Shown here piece by piece: positions 39,030 to 53,120 of a stretch of DNA of 64,000 bases. The notes under the pieces were generated by a model. It was not told where the DNA came from. It searched no databases and was given only the letters and a program-made list of their open reading frames with translations. The position numbers and the translations under genes were made by a program. Origin of the DNA: Tubulanus polymorphus (lineage: Eukaryota > Animalia > Nemertea); NCBI RefSeq assembly GCF_964204645.1, contig NC_134025.1, positions 29,244,299-29,308,298 of the forward strand. The letters run 5' to 3'. The stretch's first letter is position 1. Every line of letters starts with the position of its first letter.

Positions 39030-40429
39030 TACCTTACTTCACGCGGCCGGAGTTTCTATGAATAATTATAATAACTGCAAACTTTACCATACCTGAATTC
39101 TTACGTGTTCACACATTTCACGGGGAACTAAACTGAACAAGCTTATTATATACATTGTTGTTATCGAATTTGAGGTTATCGTTATGTACTTACTTTCTCC
39201 TCCAAGACCAGAGAATATGATATCCGCCAAATCTGAAAATACGATAATTACTAACAAAGACCACTTGGATAGATTTACTCAGATTCTCATTGTCATCGAT
39301 GACTTACATATTTCGTCTCTCGCATAAAGTTTATATCTTGCGGTTTTGCTTATGCTACATTTGCTTAAGTCTTTGATATATCTGCAGTCTCTGGTAGTGC
39401 TTCCCTTTTTGACTAAGAACATCATACACACGTTTGGTCTCGTGTTGTAAAATTGTTGATTCTGATTGTTACAAGCGTCTGCGCAATTGCGTGGTACCAA
39501 CCAGCTTTGAGTGCTCATTCCACCAGAATTACATTCAATATCATCCCTCGTGTACGGGAAAGCTTCGAGAGCCTCTGTATTCAATCGGAAAAAAATATCT
39601 ATCTGTTGATATTTGTATCATAGATAAAACCTCTTTTTCTGATCTTCTCTTTATTTCTTGGAGATTTCATTCTATGATCGAATGTGTATCCAGATTTTGA
39701 CAATATTATTGTCAGAAGACTCTTTCTTACCTTCGGTATCTATATTTTCATATTGTACAGGATCGCTTCTCGGCGAATTGGCTATGGATTCGAATCCACC
39801 TATATCTGTCACATCAATAAATACATTATAAGTTTCAAAGTCCTTTTACGTTACGATTATATAGAATAAATTAACTGATTGAAAAAAATGAAATGAAACT
39901 TACTCAGTTTGAACTTCGAGTAAATAACGCTGACACTTGAACTCCTTCGCGTGCAAGAAAGTTCGTCAATCAACTTATAACAGCCTCCTCCAGCTAACGG
40001 TTTGTAGAAGAATTTGTTACAGTTTTGGCCGTGTGGCCATTGTGACTGTTGACACTTAGCGGCACATTCATCAACAAGTGAATTTGGCGGGTTTGAATCA
40101 TCCGGTTTTGGGTAGGTGTCCGTGCAAGTAACTCCACTTATCACAAACGGAAAATCATCGTGCAATTCCGAATGATCTGCAAAAACATTCGAAAAAGACT
40201 CATGATATTATTATTTCAAGATATTTCCCTCGATATTGAATCTTTCTAGGAGAAACGACTACGAAAATGAGCAACATTTCACTCTGAATCCGATTAACAA
40301 ATTAGATACGATCCTCTTTAGAAACGACTTGGAAAAGAGCGAAGTCTATGTTTACCTACCTATTTGTCCAATTGTTCCTTTTTGCATCATCGTATATAAT
40401 GAGAAAAATATAAACAGAGTCCCTACCAT
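39030..40429 (-). CDS. Secreted Cys-rich protein with two PAN/apple-like modules (3' end uncertain)
   Basis: Signal-peptide exon from ATG 40429; modules ECAAKC...C.KFFY....GGC and NCADAC...C.MF.......C; phase-1 introns. Confidence 0.6.
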
Positions 40430-41523
40430 TTCAACAACCGACTATGACCTTACGTCATCAAATACTAGATTGTAATAATAGTCCAAACGTTTTGATTACG
40501 TCCTATTTGATAAACCATACATGACCCGCTCAATTGTGCATAAGAATTGAGTCTGAGCGTATCTTAAACGCGTTTACATTTAATACGACTAACGTATTTG
40601 ACTTAGAATTCTGTTGACTCGAATTCCAAATTCAATACTTCATTATCTGATATTGATTCAATGCGTAGTCACCAGGATAAGATATAATTAATGCTATAGA
40701 ACCTTCAAGCATATTGAGTATCGCTAGAATTATTCCAGTTCACATCAGTCATTACATTCTGGCATTTACATATACTTTAAATGAAGATAGGCTTTAGACT
40801 AAGTTTACTTTTTTGGTATATTTTGTCGGAATGTCCATAGATTTGCAACCAAACCAATGTACATAGCTATATTTATCAGACTGTTTCAACACTAGATAAT
40901 CGCAAGGAACTGTTTAATACACACAAAATAATATGAAACATTGCACTCATTTTTTTCATCATTGTTACTACAAAAAATTTTAAGGAAAAAGCAAGTCGTA
41001 TATAATTTTCAAAGTTCATCGTGGATAGAGATATGAAGCATTCCGTTCAAGACTTTTTTTTTACATTTATCGAATAATAGCCAACATTAACCGTAACAGT
41101 CCTCACGCTTATTATAGCATGATTATGGGTATTAAAGATGATCATAGCATTGAACGTGAAATTACCACAATTTTCTGATAAAAATCTTTATTTACCCCGA
41201 TTAAGGCAGCACGAAATGTCGCAGAAAATGCCCATTACGTTCTGTCTCATTGAATACATTATTTCTTTTTTTTCTTTACGCTTCGCTAAGCTTGATCTGC
41301 GCTGATTTCCTGTGGGATTAAAACTAATATATCAATTAAATTGCAATATCCATACGTCTGTAGACCTGCAGTATATAAATCAAGATTTATATTGTTTGCG
41401 AATCGGTCACGAAATTGCTATAAAATCTACATTCAGACGTGCATTCGATGATAGGTTACGCAGTGACACGGTCGTATTTCCAGCTAACCATTTTTACAGT
41501 ATTTTTTATTGTTTATTGTAACA

Positions 41524-44500
41524 ATGGCCGCTTTCTCGAGGGACTGTTGCGCATGTCATTCCTCCGTGACGTCACCAACACGACCGGGCAAACGAATGAT
41601 TTTACCTGCGCTTTCGAAGACAATCTCATGGCGCCGGGTAAACCCACCAGATTTTTTGGACATATTTCACGCCGAATTTCACGAAGCCGAATTGTATAAA
41701 TATCGAAAACATAATCGACGTAAAAATAATTATTTCATGGTTTCGAAAGATGAAAACGCGGATCGGGAAAATCTCGTTCCACGATGTCCCGGACGATTGA
41801 ACTGGAATTTAGAATATGGGATTAAAGAATTAGACATTGACGGAAGCGAATACGAAACTGACCTCGAGACCGAAGTCGAAGGTAAGAAAGTACATTTCAA
41901 CTTGATCTTTAACACTATTTGACTTAATAAACTATTGTTTGATTTACTTTAAAAGAGTCTATTCTAAAGAAAACTAATGAAACGCCTCTAGAAGAGTATC
42001 GCTATAAGAAAGCATGTCAGAAATACGATGTTATACCGGCATCTTACTACATAAAACACCGCGAAAATAAGGAATTCAGTATGCGACATCGCAGTTTAGG
42101 AGCTGAGGGAACGAGGGCTCTTGCGAAAGGTCTTAAGGTTAGTAGAGATAATGCGCATGTAGAATTTTGTATAGAGAACTAAGGCGCTTTATATGTATTA
42201 CGTTTGTTGATTTAAGTTGAACACAATGATGGAGAAAATAAGTTTACGAGATAACTGGATGCAAGGAGAAGGTTTAACGGGACTAGTCGACTCGCTTAAA
42301 GACAACGTCTACATAACCGAATTGGTATGTCTACATTTATTGACGCATTGTCCAAATCTAGTAGAAAGTAATTAAAGTTTCCCACGGTCGTTCGGCATGG
42401 TCTTTATGTTTGTTGGACTCAATTTCAACGACTCGTAAGATAAATCTCTTATCAAACATTGAAATATTCATACATTTTATTGATGTCGACCTCGATGAGT
42501 TTCACATCATTGAACCTGATATCGTGTCAAACGTTAAGAATTAATAGTGTGTTACAGACTTGGTTCCAGTGTTTGGCTGCCTCCACGCACCGTCAGACTA
42601 AATGTTAATAACAACTTCTTCCGATATTTTCTACGCGCGTTAAACCATTGTTTAGCTTCGATAAAGAAACTCAGTGAATTTATAGTTTGACTGGATTAAT
42701 TACATACAGAGTGTGAGAATTTATTACCTTAATTATCACACGATATTACACCGACTGTTGAGAATGACCTACGTTGTTATCGTATAAATTCGATAGTGCA
42801 AAAAGGTACAATATTTGCTGAATAAAAAAGTATGATTTTCAGGACCTTTCGGAGAATAACATTGCGAGTATGGGCGCTTACTCTTTATGTAAAATGATGG
42901 CCGAGAATAAGTCAGTGATCAGCCTCAATCTATCAGGTATTAGATAATACTAAAACCTTTTAAGATGTAACCGTTATTTCCTGTTCTTAATCGGTACACA
43001 CGACACGATACAATCTGTTTGCAGGCAACTGTTTTCGTGATGTGGACTCGCTATTTTTTAGAAATATGCTGATGGTAGGAAACTCTTGTACCTTGTGATT
43101 TTACATGTTCATTGAGTCTATACATCATTCGTTAAATTGCACTTAAACTGCTACGAATTTTGATTTCGATGTGAACTGAACTCAGTCTTTGACTCGATAA
43201 ATTGCTATAAAACGCACTACCCACTTAACGATTAGGTGTGATATCGTCTGGAGATTCTTGCATTTTAATATCCGTATTCTTGGCAATGAGGAGTTAGCAT
43301 TGATGTTCATTCATTCATATCGAAATGGAAATTGTTTTTGGCGGGATTATTCTAGCAAGAGTTTAAATAATCAATTTAGGAAAATTCAACGCTGCATCAT
43401 TTAAACTTGTCACACAACGGATTCGAAGATTTTGCAGGCAAATATTTTGGAGAGGCTTTATCAGGAAATAAATGTCTAGTAACGTTAGATTTGAGCTGGA
43501 ATAGAATACGAAGACATAGCGCCGTTTTATTAGTCACAGGACTTAAGGTTCGTTTTATTATAGTTTTTGTCAGCTCTTCGAGAAATAGCCTTCGAACATT
43601 TATGAAAGCGTATATTTACAGACTAACAAAAGTTTGCAGCGTCTGAACGTGAAAATGAACGGTTTTGGTTGTGATGGAACGGACGCATTATCTCAAGTTC
43701 TGATGAATAATTCGACGCTTAAGAATTTAGATCTCAGCTGTAATCGTATATCATTCGTGGCTACGAGGAACTTAAGTAGAGCTCTGACGACTCAACGGTG
43801 TCAGATTCAGATCCTAAAGGTCTGTAACTCGGGAAACTTATGGACAGATATTTTCGTTTTATTTCAATCTAACTATGTATATTTCATACTATTGAGCTTT
43901 GATATTGTAGTTGTGTAGGAATCCTATTTTACCAGATGGCGCTATGTTCTTATTAAATGCCGTAGATGAAAATAGCAGTTCGCGAATTCAGATTCTAGAC
44001 TTATCGGCAAGTATTCTCCCGCGCGACTGTTAGATTTCTTCATTTGAAATGTATATACCTAAGCGTGGCGATAACGTATCGTTTTCATTTTCGATCATTT
44101 ATCAGCATTGCTACGTTAACAAAGATTTCGTAGAGAAGAAAGAAAAATTGATGAAATCGCGCCAGATTTCGATACTCCACGGATATGTTATTCGAGGTAA
44201 AATACCTGGATTACAGTCCCGGGTAACTGAGTTAGACTATCTAGACATGTATCGCAGACATCCTATGACTAAAATGAAGGAGTTTTCTGAGAAAGCCGGA
44301 CTGCGCATGGTCGATATATTCCGACAATTCGATCGCGACCAAAACCTGAAATTGACTCGAAAAGAAATAGTCAGTGGAATTAAAGTAAGTTGATCTCGTA
44401 TTTGTCCACAGCGATACGACGTGCTAAAATGGATAACTCGTGATTTTATTCGTGGTTATCTTCGTGTAACACTTTATTTGAATCATAATTTCCATAATTC

Positions 44501-47096
44501 GTATCAGTATTTTTTCAGGTAAGAATATTTCAATTTTCACAATTAACAGCTTCACGATAAAGAATCAGATATGCACCTAACAGTCTCTTTGACGTTTGAT
44601 ATCGCTACAAGAACTATAGCAATACACTTCTAATACCTTTACTTGCTTTAACGTTGTACAGGCACTTTTTATACCGAGTACCGTTTACACATTAGTCAAG
44701 TAACAAATCCAGATATTTCTTTAAGCGGTTTGGTAAAGGTAGTTTGTAAATACCCCTCGGTAACTGGTGTTTGTCGTTTAGTTCATCACGAATCAAACAA
44801 CGACAAAGATGGCTTAAACTACACGGATGATGATAGCGATCTTGCGGAATAAGTGTTCTCCATTTCGGGTGTGACGGTTTATACAAATCCTCTTTCAGTC
44901 TGTTGTCAATTGCCTGAACGCAAATTCGACGCACGGCACGAACGAGATATTTCAAACACGTTTCGATGTCATCCAACTCTGTGGCTGTTCTTTTCACGAA
45001 ATACATCGTCGTCAATAGAACTTCAACGGCGTCGTTATACTCATCGAGATAAACCGCCGAATTCACTACAGCTCCGTATCTCAATAACAACAGTACTATT
45101 TCAGGTTGACGATATCTACACGACAGCGCTAATGGCGTCTCGTTGCCTACCATCAGAGTATCAATGAATCGTGTACGGGTTCCATTTGAGGTGAAATTTA
45201 AGTCGCTTCCGAAGTGTAGAAAGTATTCGACTTTCTGTAGGAAACTGTGACGTTTTGAGTTGTGAAGAAATGAGTTTACGTGGATTTCATCGAATAAAAC
45301 GTGAAAGCTTTCGGTGAAACGCCAGTATTCCAGCATCAATCCTTGTACATTACTTGTACAACGATGGTTGTACTTCCAGCATAGATAAAACAGCGCACAT
45401 TTTAGGAATTTGTAGCAATATTTATGACTGGAATTTCTACCTGACGAATATTGCAATAAGTCACTACATAAACGCCCGATTGATGTTTGGCATTTGATTT
45501 GAGTTACCATGAATGATTGGATCACCATATCTTCTTGGAATGGATTCATACTTCTTGTCGGAAGACTCTCCATGTACCTCTGTAGGCAATCGAAATAATT
45601 AAAACGATGTTTTAGCCGCATGTTTGTGTGTGTTTTGCAATGTATAACCATTTTCAGATTCAAAATTTAGTTACTATGGATATGAAACTATTTTCTAGGA
45701 ACTGATGAACCTCGGGAAATCAATATCGTAGCAACGGTGTCCATGGAAAGATAATGGCGAACGTGGAGTGATAACAGGCTGTTTTCCCGTGCGAAATCAA
45801 GGGTAATGGCCCTAGGAACAATTGCAAACTGGCTCTGTAAGTCTAATCTAAACGAAAATGATGGAATCTCTGAATCGCTCTACCCATACCTCGTGGAAAC
45901 ATTGTCAGAGGCAGTGATAGACGGTATTTTCAATCTCAATGAAACCATCCCCTGGACACCACTCCCCGCTTCTTGGGTGTTCGCCGCCGCAAGTGCTAAC
46001 TTCGTATTTCCGACATTCTGGAATGATATCGCTGATCTGAGAGTCGGTACAATCGTGAAATGGCTGCTGAAATTTGCCGGATTGTTTGCCTTATTCAACT
46101 ATGTTTGGATTCCTTTGAATAAGCTCGTTAGATGCTACATACAAACCTCGCAACCGGATCTGTTACGATGTCTGCCGTTGATCGTTCTAGTCTTCGCTTT
46201 CTTCGTACTATTCATGTCTACCGTATACAATGGTATGATCAAGATACGTTCTTCATTTCGCCCAAAAACCGGCAGTCGAAATATCTCGAGAATCGTGACA
46301 AGCAAGACGACACCTGATCAGACCACTACCACACACACAGTGACTCGTGCAGATGAGCGCGAACCGACCGATCTATTAGACAGAAGACTTACTAGATCGG
46401 GCAGAACTTATGGACGATTTTCTAAATAAATCTTACTTCTGTAACGGAACGAACGGAAAATAAAATATTCATGTTATACATTTTGATACCAGGAAAATAA
46501 TGACGTCTTCCTCTTGTTTCCCCTCCAAACATAATGTATTAGGAAGTTTGAAAGAAAAGCGACACAAAATACCTGATTTCAACTCGAAAATTAACGCATT
46601 TCGACTTATCATTTAACATGTAATTTTCAAATATGTATATGATCTATTGAAACACAGAACAGATATCTAAATATTGTTCAAATTTGGTAACAATGCTTCT
46701 TTAAAGTGACTGTGTGTGATATGGCGCATTCAAAATGTGCATATATTGAATCTTACAGGTAAAAAAGATACCCATGAGTGAAGCCGATGTAGATGCATTA
46801 CTTGATATTCTCGATATCAACAACGATGGCGTCGTCGACTTCGCGTAGGTTCTTGAATTATTCTTGATTTCTATTTGGCAACGGGTTCAGTCTATCTAGT
46901 CTAATCTATTCGTTTATTTCTTATTCACAGAGAACTGGTAAAAGGCGACAAAGACCACAGAGAACTAAAGCGTAAAGCGCAGGCAATTCAGCGTAAAATG
47001 GAAACAAAAAGACGCAGAGAAGCGAACAGAAAGAAACAGCATGATGAAGCAGCTCTAGCAGATACAAATGAAGAAGCAGTAACCCAACAACCGTAG
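41524..47096 (+). CDS. LRRC74-like RNI-type leucine-rich-repeat protein with C-terminal EF-hand pair
   Basis: LRR exons (LNLSHNGF, LDLSWNRI, LDLSCNRI); EF1 FRQFDRDQNLKLTRKE in exon ending 44384; EF2 LDINNDGVVDFAEL in exons 46759-46844 and 46931-47096; start at 41524 or 41597. Confidence 0.85.
44692..45650 (-). CDS. Ankyrin repeat and SOCS box protein (ASB17/ANKRD9-like), intronless, nested
   Basis: One ankyrin repeat ETPLALSCRYRQPEIVLLLLRYGA; SOCS box PCSLSHLCRCLIR...IYKLPLPNRLKKYL; start codon uncertain. Confidence 0.85.
45806..46429 (+). CDS. Uncharacterised 207-aa multi-pass membrane protein, intronless, nested
   Basis: ATG in good context (gtaATGG), 2-3 hydrophobic segments, basic tail RRLTRSGRTYGRFSK, AATAAA at stop and ~46459. 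Confidence 0.65.
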   Translation: MALGTIANWLCKSNLNENDGISESLYPYLVETLSEAVIDGIFNLNETIPWTPLPASWVFAAASANFVFPTFWNDIADLRVGTIVKWLLKFAGLFALFNYVWIPLNKLVRCYIQTSQPDLLRCLPLIVLVFAFFVLFMSTVYNGMIKIRSSFRPKTGSRNISRIVTSKTTPDQTTTTHTVTRADEREPTDLLDRRLTRSGRTYGRFSK

Positions 47097-48383
47097 ATTC
47101 GAAAAACAAGTTAAAACATAGCTGCAAAGCAGCGATAACGGGTTTTCTGGATGCATGTGATCGAAAGGAAAAATTAATTACCGGGTATTCGATGGAAAAA
47201 TAAAATGAGATGATTTGGATATTATCGGAGCAATCCTCTTTTTGGTTGAATGGTCTAACCCCAGTATAGTCCCCGTGATTTGGAAATTCTCGGAGCCCTC
47301 CTTTATTTACTTACTAAATGACGTCACAAACTGTTATTTCGCCGTTGCTTGTTGTCTAACAATTCAATTCAATTCTTTATTTACAGTAACCTAATACGTA
47401 ATTTTAAGTTTCAAATAGGATGGAAAGTACATTCAGACAATCTGTTGGTTCAGAGAGACCGTTATTACAGTATCAATTTATACATTTCGTTTCGAAGCTG
47501 TCAGTTGCCGAATCTGAATGAAGATGAATTTTATTTGACGAAATCGGCGGAAAATAAATGATAATAATAATAATCAACAGAATTTCAAGAGGGTTTTCGA
47601 CGAAAGTCAGAAAACCCTAATGAAAGATTAAATGAAATAATGCAATAAATACGTATCTATACATATCATGATATCTTCTTAATTAATATCATTTCTTTGC
47701 AAAGATCGATTCATAGTGGAATTCTAGACCTCTCAATGTATCATGTATTATTTGCTCTATGGAAGTAAGTGGATATTTGTAACGTTCAATAATTATCAAG
47801 TCGTCTAATTGATAATCGTTTTGCGCGTGTTCGTGGCGCAAAGGTCTAATTTCACCTACGCGTAAAAATGATAGAAAACGGTTCCCATGACATTGGCTGC
47901 CATGGCTACTGGTATAATATTCATTGGTGATGTATGATTGTCAGAGAGTGATCTCGCTTATAGTTTTTTGTTTAAGATAAGATAATAGTGGCTGCACTGA
48001 GGGACGACGTGTACACGGAAGTTTATTCATTATCACACACACACCCGAGGTTCAGCCCAAGTGAAAAAGTGCTAAAATCACGAGGAACAACGCGTATATA
48101 TATATACAACCAACGAATGATTTATTGTTCATACTTTTTGATGTTCAAGAAAATCCTTTCACTAAATATAACAAATAACATTATTCCTGAAGATGACTAT
48201 AAGAATGGTCGAAACGTAGAAAATAAATCATTAACTATTGGAAACCTTTTCTTTCTGATATGTGAGATTTTCTACATTACTAAATATATATAACACTGCA
48301 AAATTCAATCACATCTAATCAATAATCGTTACGTATATAAACTCATACGAATGCCTGGATTTGACCATAAACAGGACCCGACT

Positions 48384-51300
48384 TTAAGCTGAAGTTGAAT
48401 GACATCTTAGTTCGCGACGTTGCAAATCCTTAACTCCACTATCACCGCCGTAAGTTTGTATCAATTCCTCATCGGTGTCACCGGAATCGCTGAAATCTGG
48501 TAAGTTCAAATGATCTGTTTTCGAACTAGCTGCTAATTGATCATGATCATCGATGGCATCTCGTGAATTATCATCAACAATGTTTAACTCTGACGAATTA
48601 TCTATATCCGCGTCACTCAGTTCTGTTGTAACTGTCGCATTTGACGTCACGTCCTTTCCTACTTTCACAACTGATTTTTGCTTTTTCGACGCGCCTTTCT
48701 TTTTCGGAGAGGTTTTTGTTTTCGAATGTATCGATCGTTTACCGGGCGATGCTGGAAACGCTTTCACGGGACTGATATGTCTTTGTTTTGAGGATGGTTT
48801 CGACGGGGATGACGACTGATTCGGGAAAAACGAAGCTTTCTGTATCGACAACTGCGGCATCGAGGCTTTATCGATAGCGTCGAAATGACAACCGATTAAT
48901 GTCATTTTTGAGATTCTTTCCGTTTGATTAATATCGTGTTTAGAGCAGCTGCCGATTTTTGAGATTGGTTGCGGTAATGGCGACGCGCCGAGACGTAAAT
49001 CGGTCAACGTTTCTGTCATGGCGTCGACCGTCATTGAAGTGGCTCTAGATATCTTCGTATTACCGACAGCCTGTTCACGTGACATCGTAAAACCGGATAC
49101 TTTACGCTTCGATCCCTCGACAGTCACATCTTTCAAACTAGTTTTAGATTTGTTCGTGGTATTGAGAGGATACGTTTCGAAGTGCGCGCGGTTTCCTCGA
49201 CGACGATATTTCAACGCGCTGCTACAAGCGAACGCTAAAACCTCCGGCGTGGAGCAGCCCTGTTCTCGAGCCCACTCCTCCGCCGTTAAACCGCGCTCTT
49301 TGTCTCTGATAGTCAGACAAGCTCGACCGTCTAAAGCTAATATCGACGCGCACGATAAGTTACCTAATTTTGCCGCTACGATGAGGGCGGTGCAACCGGC
49401 TTTGTTCTGCTTATCGATACCGAGTCCCAGTCGTCGGAAAGATTTGATGAGTATGTCAATACATTTATCGTTGCCTACTTTAGCGCAATACATGAGCGGA
49501 GTTTCACCTGTAATTCATAACCAGAAACAATGATGAATTAATACTTGACAGCTCTATACCGACATTGTATAATCGGTATAAATGGTTATTACAGACTTTA
49601 CGCAAATCGCTACAACTATCACTTATGCGGTCAATGATTTTACCCATTCAAGCTATTCACAACGAATTCATTCTTTCCGTACCTTGATGATCTGCAATAT
49701 CGGGGTCGACGTTATTTTTCACTAAAATCTGAACCATATCATTACACCTCAATTCACACGCGTAACTCAGAGCTGTTCTGCCGACGTCGTCCTGGTCATT
49801 TACGTTAGCTTTCTTAGACAATAACAGCTGTACTGCTTTACATCTGGTTCTTTCCTCCTAATTTCAGAAATGTAAAAAGTTTTTAGATTCAAACATTGTA
49901 TATAAATTCATCTAATTCATTTTTCACGACAGGGGATAAGCTGATAACCGGTGTATATACATATAATGTAAATTCGGTGCAAAGGATGCAACAGCCTTTC
50001 AAGCTCCTGAACCCTCTAGCTCTCCTGAAATTTACGAAAATTATCAACTCTCATTTCCTTTCCCTTTTTTTCTTCATTTTCCTTTCGTTTTTTCCCTGGT
50101 TGCCTGCGACAGCGGCTTCAAGGCTTTGCTTGGCCCGCAGGGTATCTCACTTTAAGTTTCATATATTCTCGATAACAAGATACTAATGAGGCTTTAATGA
50201 AGTGTCTAGTCATTCAATGAAGTGTCTAGTCATTCTGTGACCCCCTCCTGGCACCCCGTTCTGGATGTCTGGATTAGTCGCGCCTTCCACCATTCTACGT
50301 TATAAAATAGTCTATGCAACCAAGATGGACTTAGACTTGTGTCAGATCTAAGCCTTGACTGAATAACTTTGCGAATCATTATGAGAGAGATAACGATTAC
50401 GTATCGATACCTGATTTATCAATACTGCAATTAAGATGACACCATGAGCGCCCGCGATATTAATTATCTATAAGTCATAATAAAACATCCTGTACCAATG
50501 ATGGTATGAAATGGTATCACGTTGCGTTCAAGAAGTGCTGCCAATAATAAATCAATACGGTTGCCTGGTATCGTGCTGAAAATGTAAATCCGACTTCAAA
50601 TAGCGATCTGTTTTCATTTGTTCTCATCCATCCTCCGCTGCATTCAGTTCAGTTACGGGCGCTAATTAGCACGACTACCGACTGTGGGGTATGATTACAT
50701 GTAATTAATGTAATCTTTGTTATGCGCAGCCACGATGGAGACAAATTGGTTTGATTACACCTCGAAGTAATCAAACGGATTACTCCAAGATTGCACGTTT
50801 AAACTTTTAGCAATTCTCTCTGCAAAATGAATTTTATACTTTTGAGAATAAATACAATTGAGACTACGGCTGAAATCTGAACATACACGTCCAAAATCAA
50901 CTGTATTACAAGGTCGAGTAATTTCAGGTGATTGATGGTGTAAAAAGCTCATTAATTCATTAGATATTTCTGAATGTAAATGTCAATTTTAAGTGGTTAA
51001 TTTCAATAGGAATTCATCACGTAATGCGGTTATAAAATGCAGTGTATTTGATGTGTATTTTACACGGGATACACCATGTTCTACGGATCTTCTCCTCCCA
51101 ACAAATTATTGTTCGCTATATTTGGAGGTTTTAGATTCAGGTTTATTTCGAGGCGGTTAGTTTAAGAATATATCCACTCGTCGAACAGGCGTCGTATTTA
51201 TGAGACGTTATGAATTGGTGTATATATATAAAAGTCGTAAATGTCACATTAATCGATTTATATAGACTACTTTTTCATATTTCTATATTGAACAACTTCA

Positions 51301-52103
51301 GCAATGATCGATCAAATCTAATGGTTATAGAGGCGACGTAAAGTATGACTTCAGCTCATCGCTTGCTCTTGTCGTCCAATATGACGTGCGGTGACGTCAG
51401 ACCAAATCAATCATATCAAAATGTTGATATAGGCTCTATCAATTCAAGTGTTTACGGTTAAAAATAAGAATATATACTTTTAAATCAATGTATTCAATGT
51501 TTTATTGAAGAAGATATTGATTAATTATATATCTTTTGAATTCAACAATTTATCGAAATGCCATTGGTCATATCATTTATGTAATATGTCAATCTATGCC
51601 TGGAGAAAAGCATCTCATAAACCAGAACACAAGATACCTTTTCGATATTTTACCATTTTCATTGCCATTGATAAGACAATCCGTGGTATGACGATAATCT
51701 ATAGATAATCCCACATTGATGACGAAAAAAAATGCTACGAAGTCTGAATATCTCGGTACTCCTGAGGAGATCACTATTGGAAAATAGTCGAAACATTGTA
51801 TAAAAATTACTAGCTCAAGGGAACATTTTCGGACTTAATGTCATTCTTTCATTATCATTGTGGCATTCTCTATTTAGTTTACTACCACACAATCCGAAAA
51901 CCTACCTTGATGTAGCAGCACCTAATAATAGGCGACTTTCCCTTGAAATCCCTCGTATTGACGACTTCATAATCATCAGGTGCAACAGCATCCAAGATAA
52001 ACTTTGCGAGATGTACTTTTCCTCTATTTATTGCGTCGAGAAGGTTCGATCCAGCCTGTGACATGTCGTCGTCTACTAAGTCTCTTTTCGCTCGAGTCGG
52101 CAT
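48384..52103 (-). CDS. ANKRD63: ANKRD63-like ankyrin-repeat protein
   Basis: Exons 52103-51906, 49857-49683, 49507-48384; GKVHLAKFILDA resembles ANKRD63 GKVHLARFVLDA; ankyrins GRTALSYAC, GETPLMYCA, GCTALIVAA; low-complexity tail. Confidence 0.78.
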
Positions 52104-53120
52104 TCCTGTCGAGGACAACGTGTACTTCCTATTGTTCTTAGCCAGTTTCTCCTACGTCACAAACCGCGCTGTCGCGTACAGTTCGTTATCACCGCTGTTT
52201 CAATATGTTATTAAGATACTAACGACACGATCGAGAATTGTTACTTTCTTCGACAGGAAATTGCATGCGACCGAACATCGCCATCTCTTACATATACATT
52301 AGCTGAATTGAACAGCGACTAGTAGCGACGATCAGACGTCGATTCCTCCTCCTGAAATAGATATATAATCTATCATTATTTCTATATGGTCGTAATCGCA
52401 TTTGAGGCAAACATTGATTTTCTAATTATCCGACAAAAACTTCTCGTTATCGTTTCCTGCGTCGAAGAAATGATGATTCTTGTAAATCGTTGCAGCAAGA
52501 AGATGATGCGTATTTCCTCGCTATATAGTTTTGGTATTTGCCGTTATCACGAGAAAATGAATAACACGTATATATTTATCTATTGAATTGAAGAGACATG
52601 ATTCAATAATCAATCGTTATATTTATACAATATATATTAGCGAGCTATTCGCGTTTGGAAAATATCGATATATTTTTCAAACTTAAAAATGAAAATTTGT
52701 ATTACGTGTTTTGACGGGGATTTTGTATGAATTAACGTACTCATTTTTGGACTAATATGAATATAGATGATATTATTTTGTTTATTTTTCTGTCGAAGTA
52801 ACAACATGGAGAGAGTATTTTTACGTAACTACATTTTGAAAGCTGTTCAAATGGTTGTCGTAAGATTTTTACACGTACATCTAATAGATTCTGCAATTTC
52901 CAGTTAGCTACTATAGGAAATTAGAAAATCGGAAACTGTAACCCGTACGGCGCGTTCTGTTGTTTGAACGAGGAATTAATCAAATCAGGTAAACATTGAT
53001 TATGGAAAGCAAATAGATATTGGAAGCGGCAAGCGCTAATTAACCAATGCCTTATACCCGACAGTTGTCATTAGAAACGAAACAATTACCAATTACCTGA
53101 CCTTAAGACGACGTACGCAA

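Noticed and set aside
50197-50235. ~19-bp direct duplication AATGAAGTGTCTAGTCATTC
   Set aside because: Simple two-copy slippage in an intron; no further structure
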